Below, piece after piece: positions 1 to 10,514 of a DNA stretch of 64,000 bases. Both the position numbers and the translations under genes were made by a program. Below the pieces are notes generated by a model. The model did not search any database. It had not been told where the DNA came from and was given only the letters and a program-made list of their open reading frames with translations. How positions within the stretch are numbered: position 1 is the stretch's first letter; every line of letters starts with the position of its first letter. This DNA is from Plasmodiophora brassicae (lineage: Eukaryota): positions 62,001 to 126,000 of the forward strand of contig CP145422.1 of assembly GCA_036867785.1 (NCBI GenBank), written 5' to 3'.

Positions 1-2
1 TG

Positions 3-215
3 TGCTGGCGGCGGCACCAGCGGCGGAAGCGCCGCGCCCAGCAGATGATGGCGCAGGCGCCGCCGCAGAACCCGCCGCCGCAACCGCCCATGGCCATGCC
101 CATGGGCCAGCCGGCCGTCGCCTACGTGCAGGGCGCGTCGATGAACAACGGCGCCGTCCCCGTCGTCTACCTGGCCCAGCCGCCCATCATCCAGGTCCAG
201 CAGATGCGCCAGTGA
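3..215 (+). CDS. 3' end of a gene: basic segment followed by a Pro/Gln-rich tail (partial, probably the cytoplasmic tail of a membrane protein)
   Basis: Frame 3 reads CWRRHQRRKRRAQQMMAQAPPQNPPPQPPMAMPMGQPAVAYVQG...QVQQMRQ* with GC3-rich codons; TGA at 213-215. Confidence 0.6.
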   Translation, partial: CWRRHQRRKRRAQQMMAQAPPQNPPPQPPMAMPMGQPAVAYVQGASMNNGAVPVVYLAQPPIIQVQQMRQ

Positions 216-399
216 TGGGGGCATGAGGCCATGCCAAGCTCGATCTCCGAATTCCGATACAGTTGTTGTGGATCTCGTTATCCTATTCGTGTGTGTGTGT
301 TGGTTGTGTTCCCCGAGGACGACCCGCCGCCAAATCCGGCCCTGAAGGGTCGGTGTGCCTATATCGGGCGCTCCTGCTGCCGCGTTCATCATTCGCGAA

Positions 400-1497
400 A
401 TGGTTGCCGCGTTGCCTGTTGTCGCGCCCGGCGCGTTGGTGTGGATCGGTGCCGCTGTGGTGGCCAGCTGGACGGCGCTGGCGGGGAACGGCGTGTCGCG
501 TGTGGCCATGGACGTGGCGCGCGACGTGGGCGACCGGACCGTGGGGCGGGACGGGCTCCTGACGCAAGGCCTCGAGCACGTCCCTGGTCTGCGCGAGGTC
601 GTCATCGAGGTGCACAAGGCGCAGGGCCACGCCGACCAGGCGCGTCGAGCGGAGCGCGTTCGGTCGAGGCAGACGGACGCGCTGGGCCTGGCGCCTGACG
701 GCCCCACCACCCTGTTCTGCGAGCGCGTCCCGGGTCTGAACGTCATCGCCGCCGTCGCCCACAAGGAGTGCGGCAATCCAAAGGCGGCCGCACGCGCCCT
801 GGGCCTGACACCCGGTTCGAACGGTGACGCCGACGTGCGCACGAGGGACACTGGCGTCCAGACCGGCGCCGTCGCCGATCCCGACGCGTGCGATGTGGTG
901 GAGGCTTCACCCGTCTCGACGAGCGACCCGTTGCCGGATACGTCGACCAGCGAACCGGACGACCGGCAGACAGGGGCGGGACCTGCAACGGACCATCGTG
1001 AGCCACAGCCAAGCGCAGGCCACGACGGTGAGCAGGAGCAGGCCGCTATGGAAGAGGTGGTGGGCGATGCCGCTGACGTCGAGGCGGGATCAGCAACCGG
1101 GTCTGTGGAACGGGCCGTCGTGGCAGCGGATCTGGGTGATGCGACGTCCAACAAGTTCGGCCCCGATCAGGTGCTCGCGCGAGACGAAGTTGCCGGTGAG
1201 GGTCAGCCCAGCGCGGAGTCGATCACGTTCGATCCTACGTTGGCGACCCTGCTGCCGCGTGATTGGCAGGACGTCGACGGGCACCATGAAGTGCCCGTGG
1301 CGACCGCGCTCGATGATGGGAGTGCAGAACGCGACGCTGACGAGGCCGGCATCGTGGGCAGCCTGGCCGACGTGTTCGACTACGTGCTCGAGGACAGCAC
1401 GAGCAGCGCCGCAGAGGACGACGACCATCATCGCACGGGCGGCGCGCGTTCCTCAAGCGGCTCCGACGACGACGATGAGGACTTTGTGCGCCTGTGA
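400..1497 (+). CDS. Hypothetical protein with a hydrophobic N-terminus and an acidic low-complexity C-terminus
   Basis: Long intronless ORF (ATG 400, MVAALPVV...) with coding-like codon bias, ending SDDDDEDFVRL. Confidence 0.6.
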   Translation: MVAALPVVAPGALVWIGAAVVASWTALAGNGVSRVAMDVARDVGDRTVGRDGLLTQGLEHVPGLREVVIEVHKAQGHADQARRAERVRSRQTDALGLAPDGPTTLFCERVPGLNVIAAVAHKECGNPKAAARALGLTPGSNGDADVRTRDTGVQTGAVADPDACDVVEASPVSTSDPLPDTSTSEPDDRQTGAGPATDHREPQPSAGHDGEQEQAAMEEVVGDAADVEAGSATGSVERAVVAADLGDATSNKFGPDQVLARDEVAGEGQPSAESITFDPTLATLLPRDWQDVDGHHEVPVATALDDGSAERDADEAGIVGSLADVFDYVLEDSTSSAAEDDDHHRTGGARSSSGSDDDDEDFVRL

Positions 1498-1623
1498 TCG
1501 GCCGGGCGACAGCGATTCACAATGACCTACACGACGACCGGCACGATTCGTGCACACCACAATGGAATAGTCGTAGTGCGTCACGTGAAACGAGCAGCCG
1601 TCGATGCTTGATGGTTGTATGCA

Positions 1624-3536
1624 CTAGAAGATGGCCTCGTCCGAGATGGACATGACGCGGACGAGCTTCGGGGCCGCCGGCCTGTCCACGACCCGGTCGG
1701 CGGCCACGTCGTTCAGGTACTGGAACCAGGCCTTGTCGTCCTGTGCCGCCCGCACGTGGCGAATCGCGAACGGGCGGTACACGCTCACCCGTTGCCCGAA
1801 CAGTCTGTGCACCGATCAGCCCATACGCAATCGCCAACGGGAGGGGAGCCTGGACCTGAATCGAGCGATCTCGCCAACGTCGTAGGGCAGGCGCCGGTCC
1901 CGCAACGTGACCGGCATCAGGGCGCCGACCGCGACAGACACGCCGACCATCGCGGCCATGCAGCGCAAGGCGGGCGCGTACGACCCCAGATAGTGGGTGG
2001 ACAGGTCCAGAGCGATGCCGCCCAGCAGGCCCGCCGTCGACCACCTACGTACGAGTCGGTTACCCACGGCGCGTGTACGAACGGGGACGGTACGGACGAC
2101 GTCATCATGAGGGCGAGCGCGGTGCTGGCGTGCGCCGAGCTGAACATATCGGCGAGGATCGGGGCCATGACGCCCTGCCCGGCGCCGCCCGCGAACCCGA
2201 GGACGACCGCAACACCGACCACTGCCCAGGGGTCGGCCAGCATGCCCGGCAGCACGACCATACCGACGAGCTGACAGACGAGGCAGGCCAGCAAACATGC
2301 CTTGCGGCCCGCTCGATCCGATACGGCCGGGACCAGCAGACGACCGAGGACGTCGCTGAACGCCAGGGCCAGGGTACCCTTACCAGGCATGGACGTGTGG
2401 ATCCGGATCAGGACGGGGAGACCTGGGGCACGGGTCAACGGGCGGGACGCAGGCGGCACGATAACGTTTGCCACCTGCAATGGACGCGCCGAAGAAGACG
2501 ACCCAGAGGCGCAGGAATTCGCGGTTGACGATGGCGTCCGGGAGCGACATCTGCATGGCGGAACGCAAGCGATCGTGCGCATCGGCGTCCAGGGCGCCGA
2601 GCATCTCGGTGCCCGCTATCGTGTCCATGGAGACGCCGTCCACCTCGTAGTTCGGCGTCGGCGGGCACCGCTGCACGAACGAGGCGAGCGCGCAGACGCC
2701 GAACAGGAGCACGCCCACGTAGATGAACGACAACGCCGCGCCACGATTCGTCGCCGGCGCGGCGTCCAGCAGCGCGTTCGTCAGGTACGGGACGACCAGC
2801 GCGCCCAGCCCGAACCCACATCCTGTACACCAGGCGATGAACCACCAACATCGGGAGGGCGCAGGAACGCGCCTACCTGACGCGGCGCTGACCAGGCCAC
2901 GACGCGTGGGGAACCATTGCATTAGGGGCGCCAGCGACGCCACGTACAGCATGGCCAGGCCCGTTCCAGCGAACAACCCGAACCCGGTGATGGAAACCCA
3001 TGTCGTCAGGGCGAACGCGCCCGTCGCCGCGAACACGTACCCGGCCAGGAGGAACCACCCACCGCTGGTCACAACGGGCGATGAATGACGGGACGGTCGA
3101 TTGTCAGATCAGGCAGCGGAGGCACCCACGTGATGACGACCTGCCTGGGGCCGTGCCGCTGCACCCATGGTCCCACGATCGTGGACGCGATCGTGAACGA
3201 CGCCAGCGTGACGTGGAGCATCAGCGGGACGACGTTGTCGCACGTCAGCAATGCATTGCGACCGGGGTCAGCCCCGTCCACGACGGACGCGCAGATCGAC
3301 GGTTGGAAGGACGGCAACGCGAGCAGCGCGCCGACACAGAACTGGACGGCCAGCGACGACGGCACCAGGAACCAGGGCTTGAAGATCAGCGCGGGGATGA
3401 TCACGTCCCGCTGCCTGACCTGCTCGTCGGACAGGGGCGCCGCCTTCGGCACGTCGTAATGCCGCCTCAGGCGGTCGCATGGGCCCGGGCGACGACGCCT
3501 CGTTGGACCGTCGTCCTGGTACGACGACCTGTCCAT
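1624..3536 (-). CDS. MFS transporter, oxalate/formate antiporter (OFA)-like, spliced
   Basis: Multiple TM segments; motifs GPWVQRHGPR, GLFAGTGLAMLYVASLAPLMQWFPTRRGLV, GFGLGALV, GRLLVPAVSDRAGRK, GFAGGAGQGVMAPILADMF spread across exons. Confidence 0.8.
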
Positions 3537-3738
3537 GGGAGCAGCTGTGCAGACCTACTATGGGGGGGCGCGTGCCCTAATCGTTAACAACGCGGAACCC
3601 GTACGACAGATGGCCGAGCGAGCAGCGAGTCACGGGGGTCAGCGAGCGTTCAGTGACGAATCCGGCGCCGCGTTGGTTGCGATTCCAGTGACAGGGTGCC
3701 GGGCGCAGCACATCCCCTGGCATTGTGATCGCGGGACG

Positions 3739-4386
3739 ATGAACGTCGATGGCAACGGCGCCGCCAGCCTGCTGATGATGGTGCCGCTGGCGGGACCGGC
3801 GCTGAAGGTGGTTCCCGGCGGCGCCGGCCTGCTTCGCCTGGAGCGGTACGTGCTGCGAGCCGTCATCCGCTGGGCGCGACCCATCCCGCCCGGGGCGAGG
3901 CGCGCGCGCCCGACCGGCAAGGAGCGACTGCGACGTCTGGAGACGGCGGCGCGCGAGCTGGAGGTCGTGCTGGACGCCGGCAAAGGATCCCTGGCGAGGT
4001 TGTCCACCGAGGAGATCGTGTCGCACGTCAAGCAGCGCATCAGGCAGTTCGAGGCGCGCCTGTGCGACCTGAAACAGGAGCGGGCGGCCGTCGAGCAACA
4101 GGTCCGCGACCTGGAGCGAAACGAGACGGCGCTGAACCTGGCGTCCAGCCAGGTCGACATGATGCGGTCGGAGCTGAAGCGACGCGCGAACGTGCGGCAG
4201 AGGGCCGCCGAACTGGCTGCCCTGAACGCCCGCCATCGAATCGCGCTGGACCTGCTGCGCGACCTCGTCGACGAATGGCGACGCGTCCACGAGGAACGCG
4301 TGACGCTCTCGAAACGGGCCGAGACGGGCGAACAGGGCGGCACTGCCGCTGGCAGCACGAGCGTCAGCAGCGCTGGTTCCAAATGA
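3739..4386 (+). CDS. Hypothetical coiled-coil protein
   Basis: Heptad-rich ORF (LKQERAAVEQQVRDLERNETAL...). Start uncertain: 3535, 3610 or 3739. Confidence 0.5.
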   Translation: MNVDGNGAASLLMMVPLAGPALKVVPGGAGLLRLERYVLRAVIRWARPIPPGARRARPTGKERLRRLETAARELEVVLDAGKGSLARLSTEEIVSHVKQRIRQFEARLCDLKQERAAVEQQVRDLERNETALNLASSQVDMMRSELKRRANVRQRAAELAALNARHRIALDLLRDLVDEWRRVHEERVTLSKRAETGEQGGTAAGSTSVSSAGSK

Positions 4387-4410
4387 AGGTCCCGCCCCAT
4401 GTGTGTATGG

Positions 4411-5820
4411 TTAGAGGCGCGGCTTAACGGGAGGCTTCTCGTACTCGGCCAGCCGAAGCACCATCTTCCCTGTGAGACACGCCGGTTGAGACGGCAAGCG
4501 GCAGCATTGCGAGCGCAACCTTACCGGTATTGGCGCCGGAGAACAGGGCGTCCAGGGCGTCGATCCAGCGATCCAGGCCGGCCATCTCCTCCACCGCGTA
4601 CTTCAGCTTGCCGGCCACGATCCACGACGCCATTCGACGGCGCGCGACCTTGTACTCCTTGGCGTAGTCGAAGACGACGAACCCTGTTGGCACAGGGATC
4701 AGGTAGGCACGCGGCTGGCAGCAACGCCACACAACACCGACCTTGCATGGACGCGCGCTGCGTCAGCACTATCAGGGGGCGGCCATTCGGTCAGAGCGAC
4801 ACGCGACGACGCGCACCGATTGTGGACCTACGGTTCATGTAGCGGGTCGGCCCTTGCCATTGGGCGGCGTTGTACTGCGAGATGGCGCCACACAGGACGA
4901 CACGAGCGCCGCGCTGCAGGCAGGACAGGCCGGCGTCGAGGATGTCGCCGCCGACGTTGTCGAAGAACACGTCGACGCCGTCCGGGCAGCACCGGTGGAT
5001 CTGTTTGGCGAGCGAGGCGCCCTGCTGCGCCTTGTAGTTGATGGCGGCGTCCCATCCGAACGCGTCGACGAGCTGCTTGCACTTGGCATCGGACCCGGCG
5101 ATGCCGACGACGCGACACTGCATGAGCTTGGCGATCTGCCCGACGACGCTGCCGGTGGCGCCGGCCGCCCCGCTGACCAGCACGGTATCACCGGGGACGG
5201 GCTTCCCGATCTGTAAAGCACCACGTATAAGGACGCGCTGGTTCGACACGGTGGACGTCGACGAACCTTCAGGAACCCGAAGAACGCCGTCAGGCCGGTC
5301 GTGCCGAGGACGCTCAGCCAGGCGTGGGGCGGGACAACGTCTCGTAGCACGGGATCGACTCGTTCCAGGTCGCGAACGTTGCAGACGCCGATCTCCTGCA
5401 GGCCGAACGTGCCCAGGACCAGGTCGCCGGGGTGGAACCCGCTCGCGGTCGACCGCAGCACCTGGCCGATGCCGCTGGCGCGCATCACCTGTGCGACAAT
5501 CGAGAGTCGGTACCGGCCAGGGCATCGCATGGGGAACCGGCGCAGACGTCGCCGATGGCCACAGGCGGCAGGTACGACTTGGCCGTGGACATCCACCCGC
5601 GCATGGCCGGGTCGATCGACACGGCCAGGACGCGGACGATGACGAACGGGCCGGGCGGCGGCGCCGGCACGTCGACCTGGACACGTTCGGACAGGTGCGC
5701 ACCTCACAACGAACCAGCACTGCGGCTTACGTCCTCCAGGCGGAAGTGCTCCCATCGGGCGGCGCCCGTCGGCCGCGCCGTCAGCACGATCCGCCGGTTA
5801 CGCAGCGGCAACGATGCCAT
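4411..5820 (-). CDS. NADP-dependent oxidoreductase, prostaglandin reductase/CurA-like MDR family, spliced; PTS1-like C-terminus (-PRL)
   Basis: NRRIVLTARP, SIDPAMRGWM, LGTTGLTAFFG, GDTVLVSGAAGATGSVVGQIAK, DVFFDNVGG, CGAISQYN. Last exon after a GT-AG intron gives GKMVLRLAEYEKPPVKPRL*. Confidence 0.9.
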
Positions 5821-5944
5821 CACACGGGTCGTCGTCGTCGTTGTCGAGGGACGGCGGTGGCAACGCGCACCTGACCAAAACGTCCAACGTGTGGCGGCGC
5901 CGGCACACACACACGCGCAACAACGCCCGCACCCGCTGTATTGA

Positions 5945-6601
5945 TCACGCGCCCTGGAAGATGGCACGCCTGCACACGGGGCACCTGGCGTCGGCGTGCG
6001 TCTTCATCCACGGGTCGAGGCACGCCGCGTGGAACGTGTGGTCGCACGGCAGGTGCCGGACGGTGCTGGCGCCGTCGAACGTCGTGATGCAGATCGGGCA
6101 CTGGTGGTCGGGGCGCGTGCCGCTCAGGTCGGCAAACGTTGTCAGCGGCGGTGCGCGTTCCGCGATTCGACGCTCGGCGGACGCGTCGCGCGCGACGCCG
6201 ATGGCGTTGTCCCTGTCGCGCGCCTCAGCGGAAACGCGACGGATGAACAGCTGGATCGCGAGCTCGACGCAGCGCCATACAGCAAAGATGATTGCAATCG
6301 GCAGCCACGATGGAGTGGGAGCGCGACGAAACGCGTGCTGTACGGGCGCGTACGTTGCCAGGACCGCGATCGTCACGACCAGGTTGACGACCGCGAACGG
6401 CCGGATGACGGACAGGACGACGAGGGCGGGTATCACAGCGAGGGCGACGGCCGTTGGGGATACCTCGAAGCCCAGCATCTCAACGGTCATGTACGCGATT
6501 TGGGCAGCGCTGATGACCATCATGACGCCGCGCAGGCAGATGGCATTGTCGAAAGCAAGGTTCGCAAAGTAGTCGTCGGTCTCCCGAACCAATACAGGCA
6601 T
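5945..6601 (-). CDS. Transmembrane RING-H2 E3 ubiquitin ligase
   Basis: Hydrophobic N-terminal helices plus CPICITTF...LPCDHTFHAACLDPWMKTHADARCPVCR. Confidence 0.9.
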   Translation of the reverse strand: MPVLVRETDDYFANLAFDNAICLRGVMMVISAAQIAYMTVEMLGFEVSPTAVALAVIPALVVLSVIRPFAVVNLVVTIAVLATYAPVQHAFRRAPTPSWLPIAIIFAVWRCVELAIQLFIRRVSAEARDRDNAIGVARDASAERRIAERAPPLTTFADLSGTRPDHQCPICITTFDGASTVRHLPCDHTFHAACLDPWMKTHADARCPVCRRAIFQGA

Positions 6602-6673
6602 GGGTGCGTCACTGGCACGCCAGCGCCAACAGCCGCGTTCCGCCGTTCACTGGTCGTACCGGCGGAAACCTAA

Positions 6674-6931
6674 ATTTAGGCAGGCACGGAGCGCCGATCT
6701 CGGGGTGCACGTTCAGAGGGGAATGCGGGGGGACTCGCGGGACTGTTCCAGACAATAGGAGCACCCGAATGTCTCCGTGTTAGGGACGCGTGCCTGGACT
6801 TCGGCTCGTTCGCCGTGGATTCGATCGAGGAAATCCAGCTGGACATTGAACGCGCCCTACAATATCGAAAGAATGTCGTGGGGGGCCTCGTACCTGAAGG
6901 CATCCCACACTCCATCGTGATCAACCAATGA
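6674..6931 (+). pseudogene. 5'-truncated paralog fragment of the adjacent secreted protein (7265-7978)
   Basis: ATG-less frame PECLRVRDAC...EIQLDIERALQYRKNVVGGLVPEGIPHSIV aligns by eye with PEVVRIRSAC...EINLDIEVALQDQQKIVDDVPAGIPPSVV. Confidence 0.7.
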
Positions 6932-7264
6932 AACACGAGGTGGCATTAGTGCGCGATTTGACGTGCAATCCGAAATAAACATTGTCGGACGATCTTGCGC
7001 GTACACCAATTGACAGGAATACATACAACTTGACATTACGCGCAGTCCTCGGGGGCGTTGGACGAGCCAGCTGTATGACGACGTATTTAGGGCACAGGAA
7101 CAATACGTACTGCTCCTGGATATGTCCTTATAATGACATGACGGGTACCTACCGTGAATATTTACTCGCCAATGTGCGCCAAACCAAATTTGGCCAGCCA
7201 GGAATAGCGCGATCCGACCGAGGAGACCCGAAGTGAAGCTGCTGGCTCGTCAAACTCGAGCGCT

Positions 7265-7978
7265 ATGCTGGGGAAGGCCGTTGCTCTGCTTGTCGTCGTC
7301 GTTGTTGCTGTTGCTCCAAGCGTGGTACATGGTGGGCCAGCAGCGTTCCTGCGTCCCCGAAGGACGTCACCGGACTCGCTGCGCAGGCACGTGCTGAGGA
7401 AGGCACTGGCGCAGGCCGTGTTAGACAAGCACGGCGACGTCGTCAGGCCGCTTCAAAACGATTACAAAGAAAATATGTCGAACGTCACGAAGCTGATGGA
7501 CGAACGCATCAAGATCGAGATGTCCATGCAGTTAGTCCACAAGGCGCTCCGTGCGGCATTGTATTTGGAGGAAGCCCTCGTGCTGAACGTGACGTCTCTT
7601 GGTACGGCGTTGAAGATGGAGGTGCGCGGGCATCCCCATTATGAAATCTCATCTCTCCTGGACACGCTGAGGAAGACGGCGCCCGAACACGTTCACGCAA
7701 TCGCATTGCCCTGTCTGCGCAACGAGTTCTGGCTTCGTCGGGCGCAGTATGGTGTCGGACACGACGACCTGCCCGAGGTTGTCCGCATCAGGTCCGCGTG
7801 CGCCAAGTGCGACGCGCTCGCCACGAAGGCGTTGCTGGAGATCAATTTGGACATTGAAGTCGCTCTACAAGATCAACAGAAGATTGTGGACGACGTGCCA
7901 GCAGGTATCCCGCCGTCTGTTGTGTTCCACACGCCCACTTTTTCAGAGCTCGCAAATTCACTACACATGATCGATTAA
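7265..7978 (+). CDS. Secreted helical protein, candidate effector
   Basis: Intronless 237 aa with a classic signal peptide MLGKAVALLVVVVVAVAPSVVHG. Confidence 0.75.
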   Translation: MLGKAVALLVVVVVAVAPSVVHGGPAAFLRPRRTSPDSLRRHVLRKALAQAVLDKHGDVVRPLQNDYKENMSNVTKLMDERIKIEMSMQLVHKALRAALYLEEALVLNVTSLGTALKMEVRGHPHYEISSLLDTLRKTAPEHVHAIALPCLRNEFWLRRAQYGVGHDDLPEVVRIRSACAKCDALATKALLEINLDIEVALQDQQKIVDDVPAGIPPSVVFHTPTFSELANSLHMID

Positions 7979-8294
7979 TGTGAAGCTCGCAGTGGTTAGT
8001 GGTCGGCTGGGTCTTTCCGGGGACAGGAGACCAGCAAGGTGAAAATGGCTGAAGATGCATGCTTCTGACTACGGTGGTCAAACAGAAGGTGTTGCATGGC
8101 AACGTGGTTGCCGCGATGTACTACCAAGGTAGTAGATCGTCACAGTAGATCGTCACACTGTACCCGAAGAATAAAGACAGTCTCTTATTGTTTGCTCAGT
8201 CGTCGCGAGCTGTTTTCGACGTCCCTGAGAGCGTCGAGCTCGTGGCGGCACGCCGAAAGTACAGAAACGTTTCTAGCGACAACATTGGCGCTAC

Positions 8295-8548
8295 CGAGAC
8301 TCTCCCATGTCAAGGGGACGGTTGGTCGAGTATGGCATTGGCCAGTCGAGCGATGATGAGATCGCGCAGTTGGGAGGTAGGCCTCTCTTCATGCCGATTG
8401 TTGCCCCGACTTCGAAGTTCTTCGACTTCAAGGTCGGAGCAACAATCGGCATGAAGAGAGGCCTACCTCCCAACTGCGCGATCTCATCATCGCTCGACTG
8501 GCCGATGCCATACTCGACCAACCGTCCCCTTGACTTGGGAGAGTCTCG
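8295..8548. repeat. Near-perfect long inverted repeat (hairpin; ~124-bp arms, ~6-nt loop)
   Basis: cgagactctcccatgtcaaggggacggttggtcgagtatggc... pairs with ...gccatactcgaccaaccgtccccttgacttgggagagtctcg; ORFs on the two strands are near-identical. Confidence 0.95.
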
Positions 8549-9024
8549 TCGAAAGTACACGCGATCAGGATCAACCGTACGTGAGACACGTTGCGTAGTG
8601 TGCCTTGCGAAAGACGCGGACGGTTGCCGAACAGTTTACTGCCCGTACGCCGTGAATTGCATGAGCAGCGACACTTGTTAGTTCTCCAGTGAGGTGCAAT
8701 GATGGTCGGAATGAGGTCCGCGGATGGGATTTCCGAGTAACTGGCGTCCAACCAATATTGTCGAGAAGGCACGCTGATCTGGGACGACGTGCGTGACGGT
8801 AGGGAGTCCTTAACAATTGAGTGAAGGTCGTCCTGCGGATGATCCGCGTTTCAATGCTGGCTCGGTAGGCGGACGAGCCTCGACCAGACAAGGAGCTCTG
8901 CGACTTTGTCTCAGGATTTGGGCTGGTGCAACCGCGGGAAGGGCCGGATCGAGATGGGCGGCGCAGACTGCGCCGCGAGCCCCGCGGGAGCCCAGCCCAC
9001 TTGCTGGGGGACAGCTGGGCGAAC

Positions 9025-10264
9025 ATGCTTCGGTTCGGGTCAGGAACGGGGGTCCTCACAGGACTGGCGCAGGTAGGCATCGCGCGCGACAGTGCGGTCC
9101 TCAGCGTCTGACACCGTTGTCGGGTGCGGGTCTCAGGCGCCGTTGCAGTCGGTTCGTCGGTGCAGGGCGTTTGCGAATAGAACGTCAGACGGCGTCCCCA
9201 ATGCTGTATGTACCCACTCGCCTGCTGTATCACTCACAACGGTATTCTTAATCCTTGCCTGTGATCAGGGACATTCGCCGAGCATTGCCCTATCGAACCC
9301 GTCCATGGTCCCCGTGGCGCTGGACGTCCTGCTAGCCGCGTTGACCGACACTCCGATCCGGGTCGACGACGTCCATTGTGGATATCATCTGCCCGACCTG
9401 GTCGCCAGGTTCGGATTGTACACGCTGCCCAACGACGACGATCCGACTACTTTCAAGGTCGCTCTGCCGCCCATCGTACAGGGCGATCTGCAACGGGCCC
9501 TGCCCTGCCTGTTCACCGAAGCGCTCCCGGCTTTACTGGCCCCGAACCTGTCGTCCATTTTCTCGTTCGAGTTCGGACGGTATCTCGAACGCGTCTTTTC
9601 ACTGGCGCTGCTGGCGCATGGCGGCCTGCGCGCGACGCTCGGCCACGTCTTCCCGCCGCTGTCCCACGTCGCCGACCTGTCCTCTGCGTCGTTGCTGGAC
9701 CTCATTGAGCGTCCCGCCCCAGGGTTCTCTCGCGACGCCACGGCGGTTGCTCCCCCGTTTGTCGACCTGGTCAAATCGCCCGCCAAGGTCATCTGGTCGA
9801 AGCCGCTCCTGCCGTGCTCCAGATCGTGGAAGAACGTCCTGGAGAAGCACCGGCGCCTGGAACGGTCCACCGTCTTGCTACCGGCGTCGTTATCGTTTTC
9901 GCCGGACGTGATCCTGTTCATGCCACTCGACGAGGTGATCGTCGGCCTCACCATCACGCACGACGACCCCGATGCGGTCCAGGAGGTGGACCTGGCGGCC
10001 GCCATCCGCAAGTTCAACGTCATGGCGGAAACGGCGGACGACATGGGGCTGCGACATGTGTTCGCCTTCGCATCGCTGCGCGGGTTGCCGTCGTGGCTGG
10101 GCCAGCTCTCCGGGCGTCCAATGACGCCCGAGGAACGCCGGCAACTCGGTCTGCACGCGAGCGCCACGGGCGTCGTCCTCGCCGACGCCGACCTGGACGC
10201 GCTCCTGTTCAGCGCCGACGTTCGTCGCAAAGCGATTGCGTTCGCCCACAAATTCATTCGGTGA
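9025..10264 (+). CDS. Degenerate restriction-endonuclease-fold-like protein (CR-REase-like), paralog A, putatively mitochondrial
   Basis: Predicted exons 9025-9072, 9137-9205, 9269-10264. N-terminus MLRFGSG...SVRRCRAFA; core GRYLERVF...SPDVILFMPLDEVIVGLTI; clearly similar to 40419-41594. Confidence 0.6.
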
Positions 10265-10514
10265 AAACCCACCAGTTAACACGGGCAGTCGGACGCGTTT
10301 GCATCATCGCAGCGTGCCCGGTGCGACAACGTGTTCTGGATCGTCTGGTCAACGCCCCTTCGAGACTCCGCGTTTATTGCCGCCCGGGTGGGCACAGGGC
10401 CTCGTGACGGCCGCTCGCCCATCATAAAAATACTGCGGCGCAGCGCACGGTGCGCGCCGCAGTCAACGAGGGCGCCTCTCTCTTTCGCTGCCGCCGCCGT
10501 CGCCGCGCGCCCCC

